DNA of 64,000 bases from an uncultured Solirubrobacterales bacterium (GCA_963758665.1 CAVWWH010000012.1:14040-78039), one strand, 5' to 3'. Counted from the first letter of the stretch, positions 9,036 through 21,493 are shown. The notes: generated by a model not told the origin, from the sequence alone. Program-made: numbers and translations.

Positions 9036-10334
9036 ATGATGCGTTTTCCCCGCCTGCTCGCCGGCCTCGCCGCGCTCCTGGTCGGCGCCCCGCCGGCGTT
9101 CGCGACCGCCGATGACGGCGGCGCGACCCCGGTCGCCAGGCCCGGAACGCCGGCCGCCTCCGAGCGCGCCCTCTCGGCGTCCGAGCTGCGGGCCGCGCTC
9201 GCCGAGGCGCTCGGCGATGCCGGCGGCGCCAGCGGCGCCTTCGTCTTCGACGTCGACGCCAACAGCGACGGGTCCCTGTACGGAAACGACGCGAACGAGC
9301 GTCGGGTCCCCGCCTCGAACGAGAAGCTGTTCACCACCGCCGCCTTTCTCGCCGAGCTCGGCCCCAGGGCGCACCTGGAGACGCGCGCCTACGCGGCGGG
9401 CGAGCTCGGGGGCCGGCGCGAGTCGACCCTGGAGGGCGACCTGGTGATCGTCGGCGACGGCGACCCGGCGTTCGGCACGGCGAGGTTCGCACGCGCGAAC
9501 GATCAGCCGGTGACCAAGGTCGCGACCCTCGCCCGAGGCATCGCGCGCTCCGGGATCAGGCGGATCACGGGCCGGGTGCTCGCCGACGACACGATCTTCG
9601 ACCGCAAACGGCGCGCGGGGCCGGACCTGAGCCCGCTCTCCGGGCTCTCGTTCAACAACGGCTACGACGAGGGCGGCTACGCCCACGATCCCGAGCTGGT
9701 CGCCGCGCAGGCCGTCAAGCAGGCGCTACGAAAGCGAGGCGTCGCGGTCAACGGGCGCGTCGGCCGTACGAACCTCCCCGAGGCGACGCTCGATCGCGAT
9801 CCGGTGGCCTCGGTCGCCTCTCCCACCGTGGCCGCGCTGATCGAGGAGACGAACGTGCCGTCGAACAACTTCTTCGCCGAGATGCTGCTCAAGCGGCTGG
9901 CCGCGGAGGACGGCTCCCGCGGGACCAGGACCGGCGGCGCCGCGGAGGTCGAGCGGTTCGCCGACTCGGTCGGTACCGAGATCCAGGCCGTGGACGGCTC
10001 CGGCCTCTCGCGGCGCAACTCCGTCTCCCCGCAGGAGGTGGTGGGGCTGCTCGTGGCGATGGCGCGCGACCCCGAGACGCGCAAAGCGTTTCGCGGCTCG
10101 CTGCCGGTCGCCGGGCGCGAGGGCACGGTGGCCGACCGCATGCGCGGGACCGCGGCCGAGGGCAACTGCGCGGCCAAGACGGGCACCCTGGACGGCGTCT
10201 CGGCGCTCTCGGGCTACTGCAACGCCGGCGGCCACACGATCGCCTTCTCGGTCCTGAACAACCGGGTCGACGTCGGCGCGGCGCGCGTGGCCCAGGACCG
10301 GATCGCGGCCGCGATCGCCCGCTACCGGCCCTGA
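9036..10334 (+). CDS. dacB: D-alanyl-D-alanine carboxypeptidase/endopeptidase, PBP4 family (peptidase S13)
   Basis: Signal peptide, SNEK (SxxK) in PASNEKLFTTAA, SGL and KTGT motifs. Confidence 0.8.
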   Translation: MMRFPRLLAGLAALLVGAPPAFATADDGGATPVARPGTPAASERALSASELRAALAEALGDAGGASGAFVFDVDANSDGSLYGNDANERRVPASNEKLFTTAAFLAELGPRAHLETRAYAAGELGGRRESTLEGDLVIVGDGDPAFGTARFARANDQPVTKVATLARGIARSGIRRITGRVLADDTIFDRKRRAGPDLSPLSGLSFNNGYDEGGYAHDPELVAAQAVKQALRKRGVAVNGRVGRTNLPEATLDRDPVASVASPTVAALIEETNVPSNNFFAEMLLKRLAAEDGSRGTRTGGAAEVERFADSVGTEIQAVDGSGLSRRNSVSPQEVVGLLVAMARDPETRKAFRGSLPVAGREGTVADRMRGTAAEGNCAAKTGTLDGVSALSGYCNAGGHTIAFSVLNNRVDVGAARVAQDRIAAAIARYRP

Positions 10335-10362
10335 CCGGCGCCGCATCCGTCACGAGGCACCG

Positions 10363-13190
<2,828 letters not shown>

Positions 13191-13257
13191 CTACGTCTAT
13201 GAGGTCGGTCGGGCGCCGATTCTACGGACGAGGTCCGGCCACTACGCTCGGCCGCGA

Positions 13258-14145
13258 ATGGAGATCTCGATCGTGATCCCGACCCGCGATCGCCCCGCGC
13301 GGCTCGCCCGCTGCCTCGCCTCGGTGCGGGCGCAGGACGCCGCCGATGTCGACCTGGTCGTCGTCGACGACGGCTCTCACGACCGCGCGGCGGTCGCCGC
13401 TGCCGCCGGCGACGCTCGCGTCGTCCGCGCCCCGGGCCGAGGGCCGGCTGCCGCCCGCAACCTCGGCGCCCGGGCGGCGATCGGCGAAGTGATCTGCTTC
13501 ACCGACGACGACTGCGTGCCGGCAGCGGGGTGGATGCAGGCGCTGGCCGCGGCCGCCGCCTCCGCGGGCGCGGCAGCGGGACGCACCGTGGCACCAGCGG
13601 GCGCGTCCGCGGCCGTGCGCGCGTCGCAGGCGATCGTCGAGGGGCTCACGTTCGCCACGCTCGATCGGGCGACCGGCCGGCTGGGATTCGCCCCGAGCTG
13701 CAACCTCGCGGTCGTTCGCGAGGCGCTCGCGGCGCTCCCGTTCGACGAGTCCTTCCCGCGCGCCGCCGGCGAGGACCGCGACTGGAGCGACCGCGCCGCC
13801 GCCGCCGGCCTCGCGCTCGCCTACGCTCCCGACGCCGTCGTCGTCCACGCCCAGGAGCTCGACGCGGCCGGGTTCGTCCGCCAGCATTACGGCTACGGCC
13901 GCGGCGCGACGCGCTACCGCGCCGGCGCACCCGGGCGGCGTGTGCCGGCGCCCGGCTTCTACGCCCGACTGGTGCGGCGGGGGTTCCGGGAGGGGCCGGT
14001 CGTCGGGGGCCTGGTGCTCGGGGCGCAGGCGATCACCGCCGCGGGAGTGGTGGCCGAGAGGCTTACGGGGCTGGGTGCGGAGGGTGCTTGCCCGGCTTCG
14101 TCAACAGCGGCCGTCCGGACAGGCCACTCGCGTCGGCACCGGTGA
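13258..14145 (+). CDS. family 2 glycosyltransferase
   Basis: The ATG at 13258 begins MEISIVIPTRDRP. Motifs VVVDDGSHD and FTDDDCVP are present. Confidence 0.75.
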   Translation: MEISIVIPTRDRPARLARCLASVRAQDAADVDLVVVDDGSHDRAAVAAAAGDARVVRAPGRGPAAARNLGARAAIGEVICFTDDDCVPAAGWMQALAAAAASAGAAAGRTVAPAGASAAVRASQAIVEGLTFATLDRATGRLGFAPSCNLAVVREALAALPFDESFPRAAGEDRDWSDRAAAAGLALAYAPDAVVVHAQELDAAGFVRQHYGYGRGATRYRAGAPGRRVPAPGFYARLVRRGFREGPVVGGLVLGAQAITAAGVVAERLTGLGAEGACPASSTAAVRTGHSRRHR

Positions 14146-15593
14146 CCTCGCAGACCGTCGCGGCCACGTCCACCAGCCGCGGCGCCCGATCGAGCTCGGC
14201 ATGCGCCGCCGCCCCGGGCACCACCAGCGCCCAGGCGTCTCCGGGCGTGTGGTTGCCCGAGCGGCCGGAGCCGGCGCCGTGGCGGCGCACCTCGCCGAAG
14301 CGCTGCGAGTAAAGCGAGGCGAGCCGGGTCGCCGGGCGGGCGGACCAGCGGACGACGAGGTCGGGCAGGCGGTCCGCGTGGCGTCCCGGGTAGCGCTCCG
14401 CGGCGCGCACGACCGAGTCGACGGCCGGCGCGCCGTCGGGATCGGCGAAGCCGGTCAGGCCCTCGGCGATCTCGTCCACGAGCGCGCCCGACTCGCCCGG
14501 GGCGACGATGCCGTCGCGCTCGCGGCCGGCAAGGTTGAGCCGCACGTAGCCCTGGTTGTCGGCCGGGTGGGCGAAGGCCCGGGCCGTGCCCCAGTCGATT
14601 CCCCGCAGCTCGAGCCGGGCGGTGAGCTCGAGCGCCGCTCGATCCGGAACTGCCCCGGCGATCGCACCCCGCAGCCCGGCGGGGATCGCCGCGCGCAGGC
14701 GCCAGATCGCCCCCGGGCCGCCGGGGGCCGCCGGGCCGCCGGCGAGCACCCGGGCGAGCATCGCCGGCAGGAGGTCCGCGCGACTCGTGTTCACGTCCAT
14801 GCCGACGGCCGAGGTGACGATGATGTCGGCGCCGGCGGGCAGCGCCGCGACCACCCGCCCGATCGCCTCGTCGACGGACGAGTACACGTCGTCGAGCGCG
14901 GTCTCCACGGTCGCCCTGGTCCCCGGGTCCAGGGTGGCCGGGTCGAGCTGGGACAGGTCCCAGAACTGGTGCCCGGCGAGATGTGCGGCGCTGAACGTGA
15001 ACCAGGCGAGATCGAAGCTCTCGCGGGCCAGCAGGGCCTCGGCCAGGGCCGCGGTCCGGGCCGGGGCCGCGACCAGCTTCTCGCGCAGGGCCGCGAGGTC
15101 GCGCGATCGCGGCCGGCCGAAGATCTCGGTGGCCTGCGGGCCGCGTCCGAACCGCCGGGCGTAGCGGCGCCCCGCGTCCGGCGGTCGCGACCAGCGTGGC
15201 AGCACGACCCGATCGGCGAACCCCCAGCCGCAGACGAGCGTGCCCAGGGCCCGCGCGCGGGGGGCGGCTCTCGTATGGATCGATGGCCAGCGTCCGCAGC
15301 CCCGCCTCGGCGAGCCGCTCCCAGATCGCCGGCGGCGCCTCGAAGGCGGTCGCATAGCGCGCTCGCTGCTCGCCCGCCGACCATTGGAACGGGTAGAAGA
15401 TCCCGTGGTCGCCGAGCTCGACCCCGCTGTAGAGCGAGTAGAACGCGCCGGCGGCGAAGTCCACCGCCGGGGTCTCGAGCTCGAGCCTCCGCCCGCCCTC
15501 CCTCAGCGCCGCCAGGTTGGGCAGCCTGCCCGCGCCGAGCAGGCGCTCGATCGCCGCGACGCCGGCGGCATCGAACTGGAGGACGCAGATCAC
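14063..15593 (-). pseudogene. alkaline-phosphatase-superfamily (nucleotide pyrophosphatase/phosphodiesterase-like) gene with a frame break in a G6 run
   Basis: The N-terminal part (VICVLQFDAAG...AIDPYESR) and the C-terminal part (ARALGTLVCGW...GNHTPGDAW) lie in adjacent frames joined at GGGGGG 15259-15264. The span is 1531 nt, or 3n+1. The GTG start overlaps the upstream stop (GTGA). Confidence 0.55.
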
Positions 15594-16516
15594 GCCGCCC
15601 TCGCCCCCAGCATCCGGGCCTCGTCGATCAGCCGCATCACCCGTGCACCGTCGGCTGCGGTCGCGAGCACCCCGGGATCCCCGCCGGCGAGCGCGGCGGC
15701 GAACGCCGCCACCTGCTCGCGAAGGGAGGCCACCAGCGGGTGGACGCGGCCCGGCAGGCGGCCGGCGAGCGCGGCGTGCGGCCCGCCCGCGACGCTCCGG
15801 GCGAGCACCCTCCCACGCTCGTCGCGGGCGACGACTCGCTCGCTGTGGGGCCGATCGGTCGCGCACGCGATTCGCGCCCGCCCGCGCTCCCACTCGAGCT
15901 CGATCACGGCGCGCCTCGGCGCCAGGGCGGCCGAGCGCACCCGCACCGCCGCGGAGCCGGAGAGCATCAACGCCAGGTCGACCAGGTGCGGCCCGAGGTC
16001 GAGCACGGCGTCGTCGTCGACGGCGACCGCTCGCCAAGCGGCGCGCCGGTAGCGAAGCTCGAGCTCGAGCTCGAGCCAACCGTGCGCGGGAATCGACCCG
16101 AGCAGTCGGGCGCCGTGCTGAAAACGACGGTTGAAGCCGATCCATGGCGGCGGGTCGAGGGCCGCGATCCGCTCGGCTCCGGCGTGGCCCAGAGCGGGCG
16201 GCTTCTCGACCAGGCACGGGATCCCCGCCCGGCTCGCGAGCTCGGCCTGGCGCACGTGCTCGCCCGGCGGGCTCGCCAGGACCACCGCGTCCACCCGGCC
16301 CTCGGCCAGCAGCTCGGCGGCGCTGCCGTGAACGCGCGGCGGCGCTGCCCGTCGGGCGACCAGCCGCGCGATCCGCTCGCGCCGACGCGGCTCCGGGTCC
16401 GCGACCGCGATCAGCTCGACGTCGGCGAGCCCGGCGGCGGCGGGCGCGTAGCCGAGCTCCGCCAGCCGGCCGCAGCCGATCAGCCCCAAGCTCAGGGGCA
16501 GGCGCTCGACCCTCAT
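15590..16516 (-). CDS. Gfo/Idh/MocA-family NAD(P)-dependent oxidoreductase
   Basis: The ATG at 16516 begins MRVERLPLSLGLIGCGRLA (Rossmann fold). The EKP motif occurs in PCLVEKPPA. There is an ATGA overlap with the upstream GT2 gene. Confidence 0.8.
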   Translation of the reverse strand: MRVERLPLSLGLIGCGRLAELGYAPAAAGLADVELIAVADPEPRRRERIARLVARRAAPPRVHGSAAELLAEGRVDAVVLASPPGEHVRQAELASRAGIPCLVEKPPALGHAGAERIAALDPPPWIGFNRRFQHGARLLGSIPAHGWLELELELRYRRAAWRAVAVDDDAVLDLGPHLVDLALMLSGSAAVRVRSAALAPRRAVIELEWERGRARIACATDRPHSERVVARDERGRVLARSVAGGPHAALAGRLPGRVHPLVASLREQVAAFAAALAGGDPGVLATAADGARVMRLIDEARMLGARAA

Positions 16517-17451
16517 CGCCGCCGCGGGGCCCGGCCGCCCGCGCAGGCGTGCGCGACCGCTCCCAGCGCCGCGGCGAGGGCGGCGGTCAGGTGGTGGACG
16601 ACGTGCAGCGGCAGGCCGGCGAGCAGAAGCGCGACGCCGCCGCGACGGCGGAGCAGGCCGTAGAAGGAGGCGTTCAGGGCGACCAGGACGCCGGCGGCCG
16701 AGGCGGCGGCCAGCGGGCGGCGGGCGCAGGCCGCGAGCGTCGCGACCACGGCGGCGAGTGAGCTGAGCCGGTGTCGCCAGGCGAGGTTGAGCGAGCCCGA
16801 GAGCCGCCCGGCCTCGAGCTGCAGGCGCACCCATGGGATCCCGCGCCGGCCGAGGTCGGTGCCGACCATCGAGGCCAGCGACCAGCGCTTCAGGTGCGTG
16901 CCGCGGATCTCGGGGTCGAGGACGATCGACCTCCCGGCGCCGTGCAGGCGCATGCCGAGGTCGATGTCCTCGACCGCCGCCCGCGCGAAGCGCTCGGCGT
17001 CGAAGCCGCCGGCGGCGCCGAACGCATCGCGGCGCACGGCGCCGAGCCCTGCCCAGAAGGTGTCGGCCGGGCCTGGTGAGCCGACGTGCACGTGGTGGTG
17101 GAGGAGGTTGCGAAACTGCGAGACGGCGCCGCTCGCGGCCGGCGCGTCGTCGTAGGCGCCGAACACGGCCGAGAGGCCGCGATCGGCGGCGAACGCCGAT
17201 CGGAGTCGCGCCAGCGCGTCGGGGGCCACCGCGACGTCCGCGTCGACGAAGACGAGCACGTCGCTCGAGCTCGCCGCGGCCCCCGCGTTGCGAGCCGCCG
17301 CGGGCCCGGCCCGCGCGGGGTCGCGAACGACGACCAGCTCGTCGGCCGGTTCGCTCGATGCCCGCAGGGCCGCCAGGCAGCGGTCCAGGGTCGGTGGGCG
17401 ATCGGTCGCCGGGACGATCACGGCCAGGGTCGGGAGGCGGGAGTTAGGCAT
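16513..17451 (-). CDS. family 2 glycosyltransferase with a C-terminal membrane segment
   Basis: Starts LAVIVPATDRPP, has the VFVDADV motif, and ends in a hydrophobic tail. Confidence 0.8.
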   Translation of the reverse strand: MPNSRLPTLAVIVPATDRPPTLDRCLAALRASSEPADELVVVRDPARAGPAAARNAGAAASSSDVLVFVDADVAVAPDALARLRSAFAADRGLSAVFGAYDDAPAASGAVSQFRNLLHHHVHVGSPGPADTFWAGLGAVRRDAFGAAGGFDAERFARAAVEDIDLGMRLHGAGRSIVLDPEIRGTHLKRWSLASMVGTDLGRRGIPWVRLQLEAGRLSGSLNLAWRHRLSSLAAVVATLAACARRPLAAASAAGVLVALNASFYGLLRRRGGVALLLAGLPLHVVHHLTAALAAALGAVAHACAGGRAPRRR

Positions 17452-17457
17452 ACCTAA
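17439..17457. promoter_or_regulatory. TTAGG-N4-CCTAA palindrome (weak iron-box-like site) over the GT2 start codon
   Basis: TTAGGCATACCTAA lies at 17444-17457. The 19-mer matches TTAGGTTAGGCTAACCTAA at 13 of 19 positions by hand count. Confidence 0.3.
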
Positions 17458-17529
17458 TTAGAATCCCAACCTCTGAGGTCGGAGATCGACAGAACGGCGA
17501 AGGCTAGAGGGGGCGAGGGCCACCTGGTC

Positions 17530-18987
17530 TTGGGCGCAGGCCCCGCCGGGCTCACCGCCGGATACCTGCTCGCTCGTCGCGGCGACCCGGTGACCGTGCT
17601 CGAGGCCTCCGGCACGGTCGGGGGGCTGGCGCGGACCGAGGTCCGCGAGGGCTACCGGTTCGACCTCGGCGGCCACCGGTTCTTCACCAAGAGCCCCGAG
17701 GTCGAAGCCCTGTGGCTGGAGCTGCTCGGCCCCGATCTGCTCCTCCGCCGGCGCCTCTCGCGGATCTACTGGCGCGGGCGGCTGATCGAGTATCCGCTGC
17801 GGGCCGCCGACGTGGTCCGCAAGATCGGCCCGGCCGAGGTCGCCCGCAGTGGAGCCTCGTACGTAGCCGCGCGAATCCGTCCTCGCCCCGAGGCCGAGAC
17901 CTTCGAGCAGTGGGTGACGCAGCGCTTCGGCCGGCGCCTGTTCGAGCTCTTCTTCCGGACCTACACGGAGAAGGTCTGGGGCGTGCCGACCTCCGAGATC
18001 CGCGCCGAGTGGGCAGCCCAGAGGATTCGCGGGCTGTCCCTTTGGCGGGCGGCGCGGTCCGCGCTCGGCGGCGGCAGCGGCGAGGTGCGCAGCCTGATCG
18101 AGGAGTTCCACTACCCCCGCCTCGGGCCGGGCCAGATGTGGGAGCGGATGGCGGAGGAGATCGTCGCCGCGGGCGGCGAGCTGGCCCTGGAGTCCCCGGT
18201 CACCTCGATCCGGGTTGGCGCGGGCACGGTCGCGGTCGACGCCGGCGGCGAGTCGAGGTCGGCCGCGAGCGTGCTCTCGTCGCTGCCCCTGCGCACGCTC
18301 GCCGGCGTGATCGAGCCGGGGCCGCCCGCGGAGGTGCTCGAGGCGGCCGCCGGGTTGCGCTATCGCGACTTCATCTGCGTCGCCCTGGTGCTCGACGGGC
18401 CGGACCCGTTTCCCGACAACTGGATCTATGTTCACGACCCCGGGGCTCGGGTGGGGCGGATCCAGAACTTCCGCGCCTGGAGCCCGGACCTCGTCCCCGA
18501 CCCCGGCCGCACCTGCCTCGGCCTCGAGTACTTCTGCTTCGAGGGCGACGAGCTCTGGGAGTCGCCGGACGAAGCGCTGGTCGCGCGCGCCGCCGACGAG
18601 CTCGAGTCGCTCGACCTCGGGCGCCGCGATCGCGTCGTCGCCGGGCACGTGGTCCGGGTCGCGAAGGCGTATCCGATCTACGACGCCGGGTACGAAGGGC
18701 GGTTGGCGACCCTCCGGGCGTGGCTCGACGAGCTCGACGGCCTGATCCAGATCGGCCGCAACGGACTGCACCGCTACAACAACTCCGACCACTCGATGCT
18801 GACGGCGATCCGGGCGGTCGAGAACGCCTGCGACGGCCGCGCGCACGACATCTGGGCGATCAACGCCGACGGCGCCTACCTCGAGGAGGGCGCGATCGAA
18901 GAACCGCCGTATCGCGAGGCGCCGGTGACCCCGGCGATGGCCCGGCCGCTGGCGGCCGAAGCCGCCGGCCCACAGGAGATCTCGTAG
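17530..18987 (+). CDS. FAD-dependent oxidoreductase, UDP-galactopyranose-mutase-like
   Basis: LGAGPAGLTAGYLL dinucleotide fold, GGLART, DLGGHRFFT and FFRTYTEKVWGVP resemble the Glf family. The only in-frame start is TTG at 17530, so the start is uncertain. Confidence 0.7.
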   Translation: MGAGPAGLTAGYLLARRGDPVTVLEASGTVGGLARTEVREGYRFDLGGHRFFTKSPEVEALWLELLGPDLLLRRRLSRIYWRGRLIEYPLRAADVVRKIGPAEVARSGASYVAARIRPRPEAETFEQWVTQRFGRRLFELFFRTYTEKVWGVPTSEIRAEWAAQRIRGLSLWRAARSALGGGSGEVRSLIEEFHYPRLGPGQMWERMAEEIVAAGGELALESPVTSIRVGAGTVAVDAGGESRSAASVLSSLPLRTLAGVIEPGPPAEVLEAAAGLRYRDFICVALVLDGPDPFPDNWIYVHDPGARVGRIQNFRAWSPDLVPDPGRTCLGLEYFCFEGDELWESPDEALVARAADELESLDLGRRDRVVAGHVVRVAKAYPIYDAGYEGRLATLRAWLDELDGLIQIGRNGLHRYNNSDHSMLTAIRAVENACDGRAHDIWAINADGAYLEEGAIEEPPYREAPVTPAMARPLAAEAAGPQEIS

Positions 18988-20384
18988 GCCGACCACTCGC
19001 CAAGCTTCGCGATCGGAGTCCCGACCGCCGAGATCGCCGCGGCGGCGGACGGCGGATCCGCGGCCGAGACGATCGCCGCCCCGCCGACCGGGGGCGTCTC
19101 GTATCGGACGTTGACGGCCGCGATCGCCAGCTCGAGCTTCCAGGCGAGCGCGGTCTGGGTGAGGAAGTCGGTCGATGTCAACGGGGGGCAAGCGAGCAGG
19201 CGCTCGACGCCCGCCCGGTCGACGAGCTCGAAGAGCTCCTCGACCCGGTCGCCGTGCTCGGCGGCCCGGTCGAGCTCGACCGGGATGTCGGCCGCTCGGA
19301 CGGCCCCCTGCACTGCGAACGCCGTGATCAGGGCGCCGGCGAGCGCGAGCGCGCGGCGGCGGTCGGCATGGCGCATCCCGCCGATCGCCGCGAGCAGGCG
19401 GACGAAGCCGACGGCCCCGAGAACACACGTGACGGCCGCCGCGGGCGCCGCGAAGCGGGGCAGCCCGGCGAAGCCGGCGCTCGCGAGCACGGCGACGATC
19501 GCGATCCAGGCGATCGCGCCGCCCGCGAGAACGAGGATCGCGCGCTCCCGCTGCTGCCAGGCCGTGACCACCGCGATCGCGGCGGCGGCCCAGAACGCGA
19601 TCAGGGGCAGCTCGAGCGACCTGCCGAGCGATTCCAGGCCCTCGTGCAGAGGCGCCCCGGTGTCCTCGTGCGCACGCTTGGCTCCGGTGAGCGCGTCCCC
19701 GGCGCCGATCAGGTCAGGGACCAGCCAGAGCAGCGGCAGGGCGAGGGCGCCGGCGACCAGCCATCGGCGCAGCCGCGGCTCGCCGACCCACAGATAGAGG
19801 CCGTAGGCGGCCAGCAGCGGCCAGGCCTCGGGCCGCACCAGGGCGGCGGCGAAGCCGAGCGCCAGCGCCTGGCCGTGGCTCCCGGAGAGCTGTCGATCGA
19901 CCGCGCCGAGCACCAGCGCCACCAGCAGCGGCTCCGCGAGGCCGCCGGCGAACTGGCGGGTCCAGGAGGTGAACGGGTCGAACAGCAGGATCAGGCCAAG
20001 CGCCGCGGCGGCGCCGGCGAGGTTTCGGGCGAGGCGCACGCGCGAGGGAGCGAGCCGGGCCGCGAGCCGGGTGCTCACCCGGGACGGGAACATCAGCCTC
20101 CACGCGGCGCGGTAGGCGAGCGCGATCGCCGCCAGCCAGCCGACGCGGGCGACGGCGAGCCAGAGCGCCGGAGCGGCGTTGCCCGCGGGGGCGAGGACCG
20201 TCGCCACCAGGACCGGGAGCGGCTTCCACGAGGGGCCTGCCTCGGTGTCGAGCTCGAACGAGGTCAGCTCGCGTCCCCAGACCAGCCACGCCCAGGGGTC
20301 GTATACGGGCGCGAACGGGGCCAGCAGCGAGAGTGCGGCCAATCCGCCGATCGCCGCCGGCACTGCGATCCGAGGCGCGAGCAC
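18876..20384 (-). CDS. polytopic membrane protein, possible GT-C-type glycosyltransferase
   Basis: 502 aa with a GTG start, about 10 or more hydrophobic spans and a soluble C-terminal part. It sits next to GT2 and Glf-like genes. Confidence 0.45.
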   Translation of the reverse strand: MLAPRIAVPAAIGGLAALSLLAPFAPVYDPWAWLVWGRELTSFELDTEAGPSWKPLPVLVATVLAPAGNAAPALWLAVARVGWLAAIALAYRAAWRLMFPSRVSTRLAARLAPSRVRLARNLAGAAAALGLILLFDPFTSWTRQFAGGLAEPLLVALVLGAVDRQLSGSHGQALALGFAAALVRPEAWPLLAAYGLYLWVGEPRLRRWLVAGALALPLLWLVPDLIGAGDALTGAKRAHEDTGAPLHEGLESLGRSLELPLIAFWAAAAIAVVTAWQQRERAILVLAGGAIAWIAIVAVLASAGFAGLPRFAAPAAAVTCVLGAVGFVRLLAAIGGMRHADRRRALALAGALITAFAVQGAVRAADIPVELDRAAEHGDRVEELFELVDRAGVERLLACPPLTSTDFLTQTALAWKLELAIAAVNVRYETPPVGGAAIVSAADPPSAAAAISAVGTPIAKLGEWSAYEISCGPAASAASGRAIAGVTGASRYGGSSIAPSSR

Positions 20385-20388
20385 AGCC

Positions 20389-20407
20389 TAAGATTAGGCT
20401 GCCCTAA
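20389..20407. promoter_or_regulatory. DtxR/IdeR-like iron box candidate upstream of the Fe(III) ABC transporter
   Basis: TAAGATTAGGCTGCCCTAA matches TTAGGTTAGGCTAACCTAA at 15 of 19 positions by hand count. It lies 40 nt upstream of the ATG at 20447 and overlaps a second palindrome, AGCCTAA-GA-TTAGGCT, at 20385-20400. Confidence 0.4.
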
Positions 20408-20446
20408 CACACCGCGGCGGCACCAGCTCGACCGCCACCGACCCCG

Positions 20447-21484
20447 ATGACCCCCAAGCTCGCGATCTCGAGTCTGCTGGCCGCCTCCGCGCTTGTCGCC
20501 GGCGCCTGCAGCGCGACCTCCGAGGACACCGGCTCCGACGGCGCGAGCGAGCCCGAGACGGAGGGGATCACGCTGTACTCGGGCCGGATCCCCGCCGCGA
20601 TCGGGGGCGCGATCGACAGCTACGAGGCGGATGCCGACCGCGACGTCCAGGTTCGCTTCGGCGATACCGGCGACCTCGCCGCAACCGTGATCGAGGAGGG
20701 CGACAACTCCCCCGCCGACGTCTTCTTCGCCCAGGAGCCGGGAGCGATCGGCGCGGTCGCCGATCGGGATTTGCTGGCCGAGCTTCCGGAGGACATCCTC
20801 GACCGGGTGCCGTCCGCCTACCGCGACCCCGAGGGGCGATGGGTCGGGGTCACCGGCCGGGCGCGCGTGATCGCCTACGGACCGGCGGTGAGCGCGCGCG
20901 AGCTCCCGGACTCGCCGCTCGGCCTCACCGACCCGCGGTGGAAGGGGCGGATCGGGTGGAGCCCGGCCAGCGACTCGCTGCAGCAGTACGTGACCGCGCT
21001 GCGGCTTCGCTACGGCGACGACGCCGCGCGCGAGTGGCTCGAGGGCATGGTGGCCAACGAGGCCGTCGACTATGCGGACAACGTCGCGATCCGGGACGCG
21101 ATCGCCAACGGCGAGATCGACGCCGGCCTGATCAACCACTATTACGTCGCCCAGGCGGTCGCGGCCGAGGGCGCGGACTACCCGGTCGACGTCCACTACC
21201 CGCCCCGGGGGCTCGGCTCGTTGTTGCTCCTGACCAGCGTCGGGGTGCTCGAGTCCTCGGAGCGAAAGGCCGAAGCGTTCGATTTCGTCCGCTCGCTGCT
21301 CTCCGACGAGGGTCAGGAGTTCTTCACCTCGACCTCGAAGGAGTACCCGGTCGCCAAGGGCGCGAGGCCGGATCCGTCGCTCGAGGTCGCGCTCGCGCAG
21401 ATCCCGGTCCCGACAGGCGACCTGTCCGACATCGCCGAGACCCAGGCGACGATCGAGCTGATGCAGGACACGGGGGCGCTGTAG
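20447..21484 (+). CDS. Fe(III)-type ABC transporter substrate-binding lipoprotein
   Basis: Lipobox LVAGAC and FbpA/AfuA-like sequence (ITLYSGR..., VFFAQEPG, INHYYV). Confidence 0.8.
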   Translation: MTPKLAISSLLAASALVAGACSATSEDTGSDGASEPETEGITLYSGRIPAAIGGAIDSYEADADRDVQVRFGDTGDLAATVIEEGDNSPADVFFAQEPGAIGAVADRDLLAELPEDILDRVPSAYRDPEGRWVGVTGRARVIAYGPAVSARELPDSPLGLTDPRWKGRIGWSPASDSLQQYVTALRLRYGDDAAREWLEGMVANEAVDYADNVAIRDAIANGEIDAGLINHYYVAQAVAAEGADYPVDVHYPPRGLGSLLLLTSVGVLESSERKAEAFDFVRSLLSDEGQEFFTSTSKEYPVAKGARPDPSLEVALAQIPVPTGDLSDIAETQATIELMQDTGAL

Positions 21485-21493
21485 GGATGGAGG

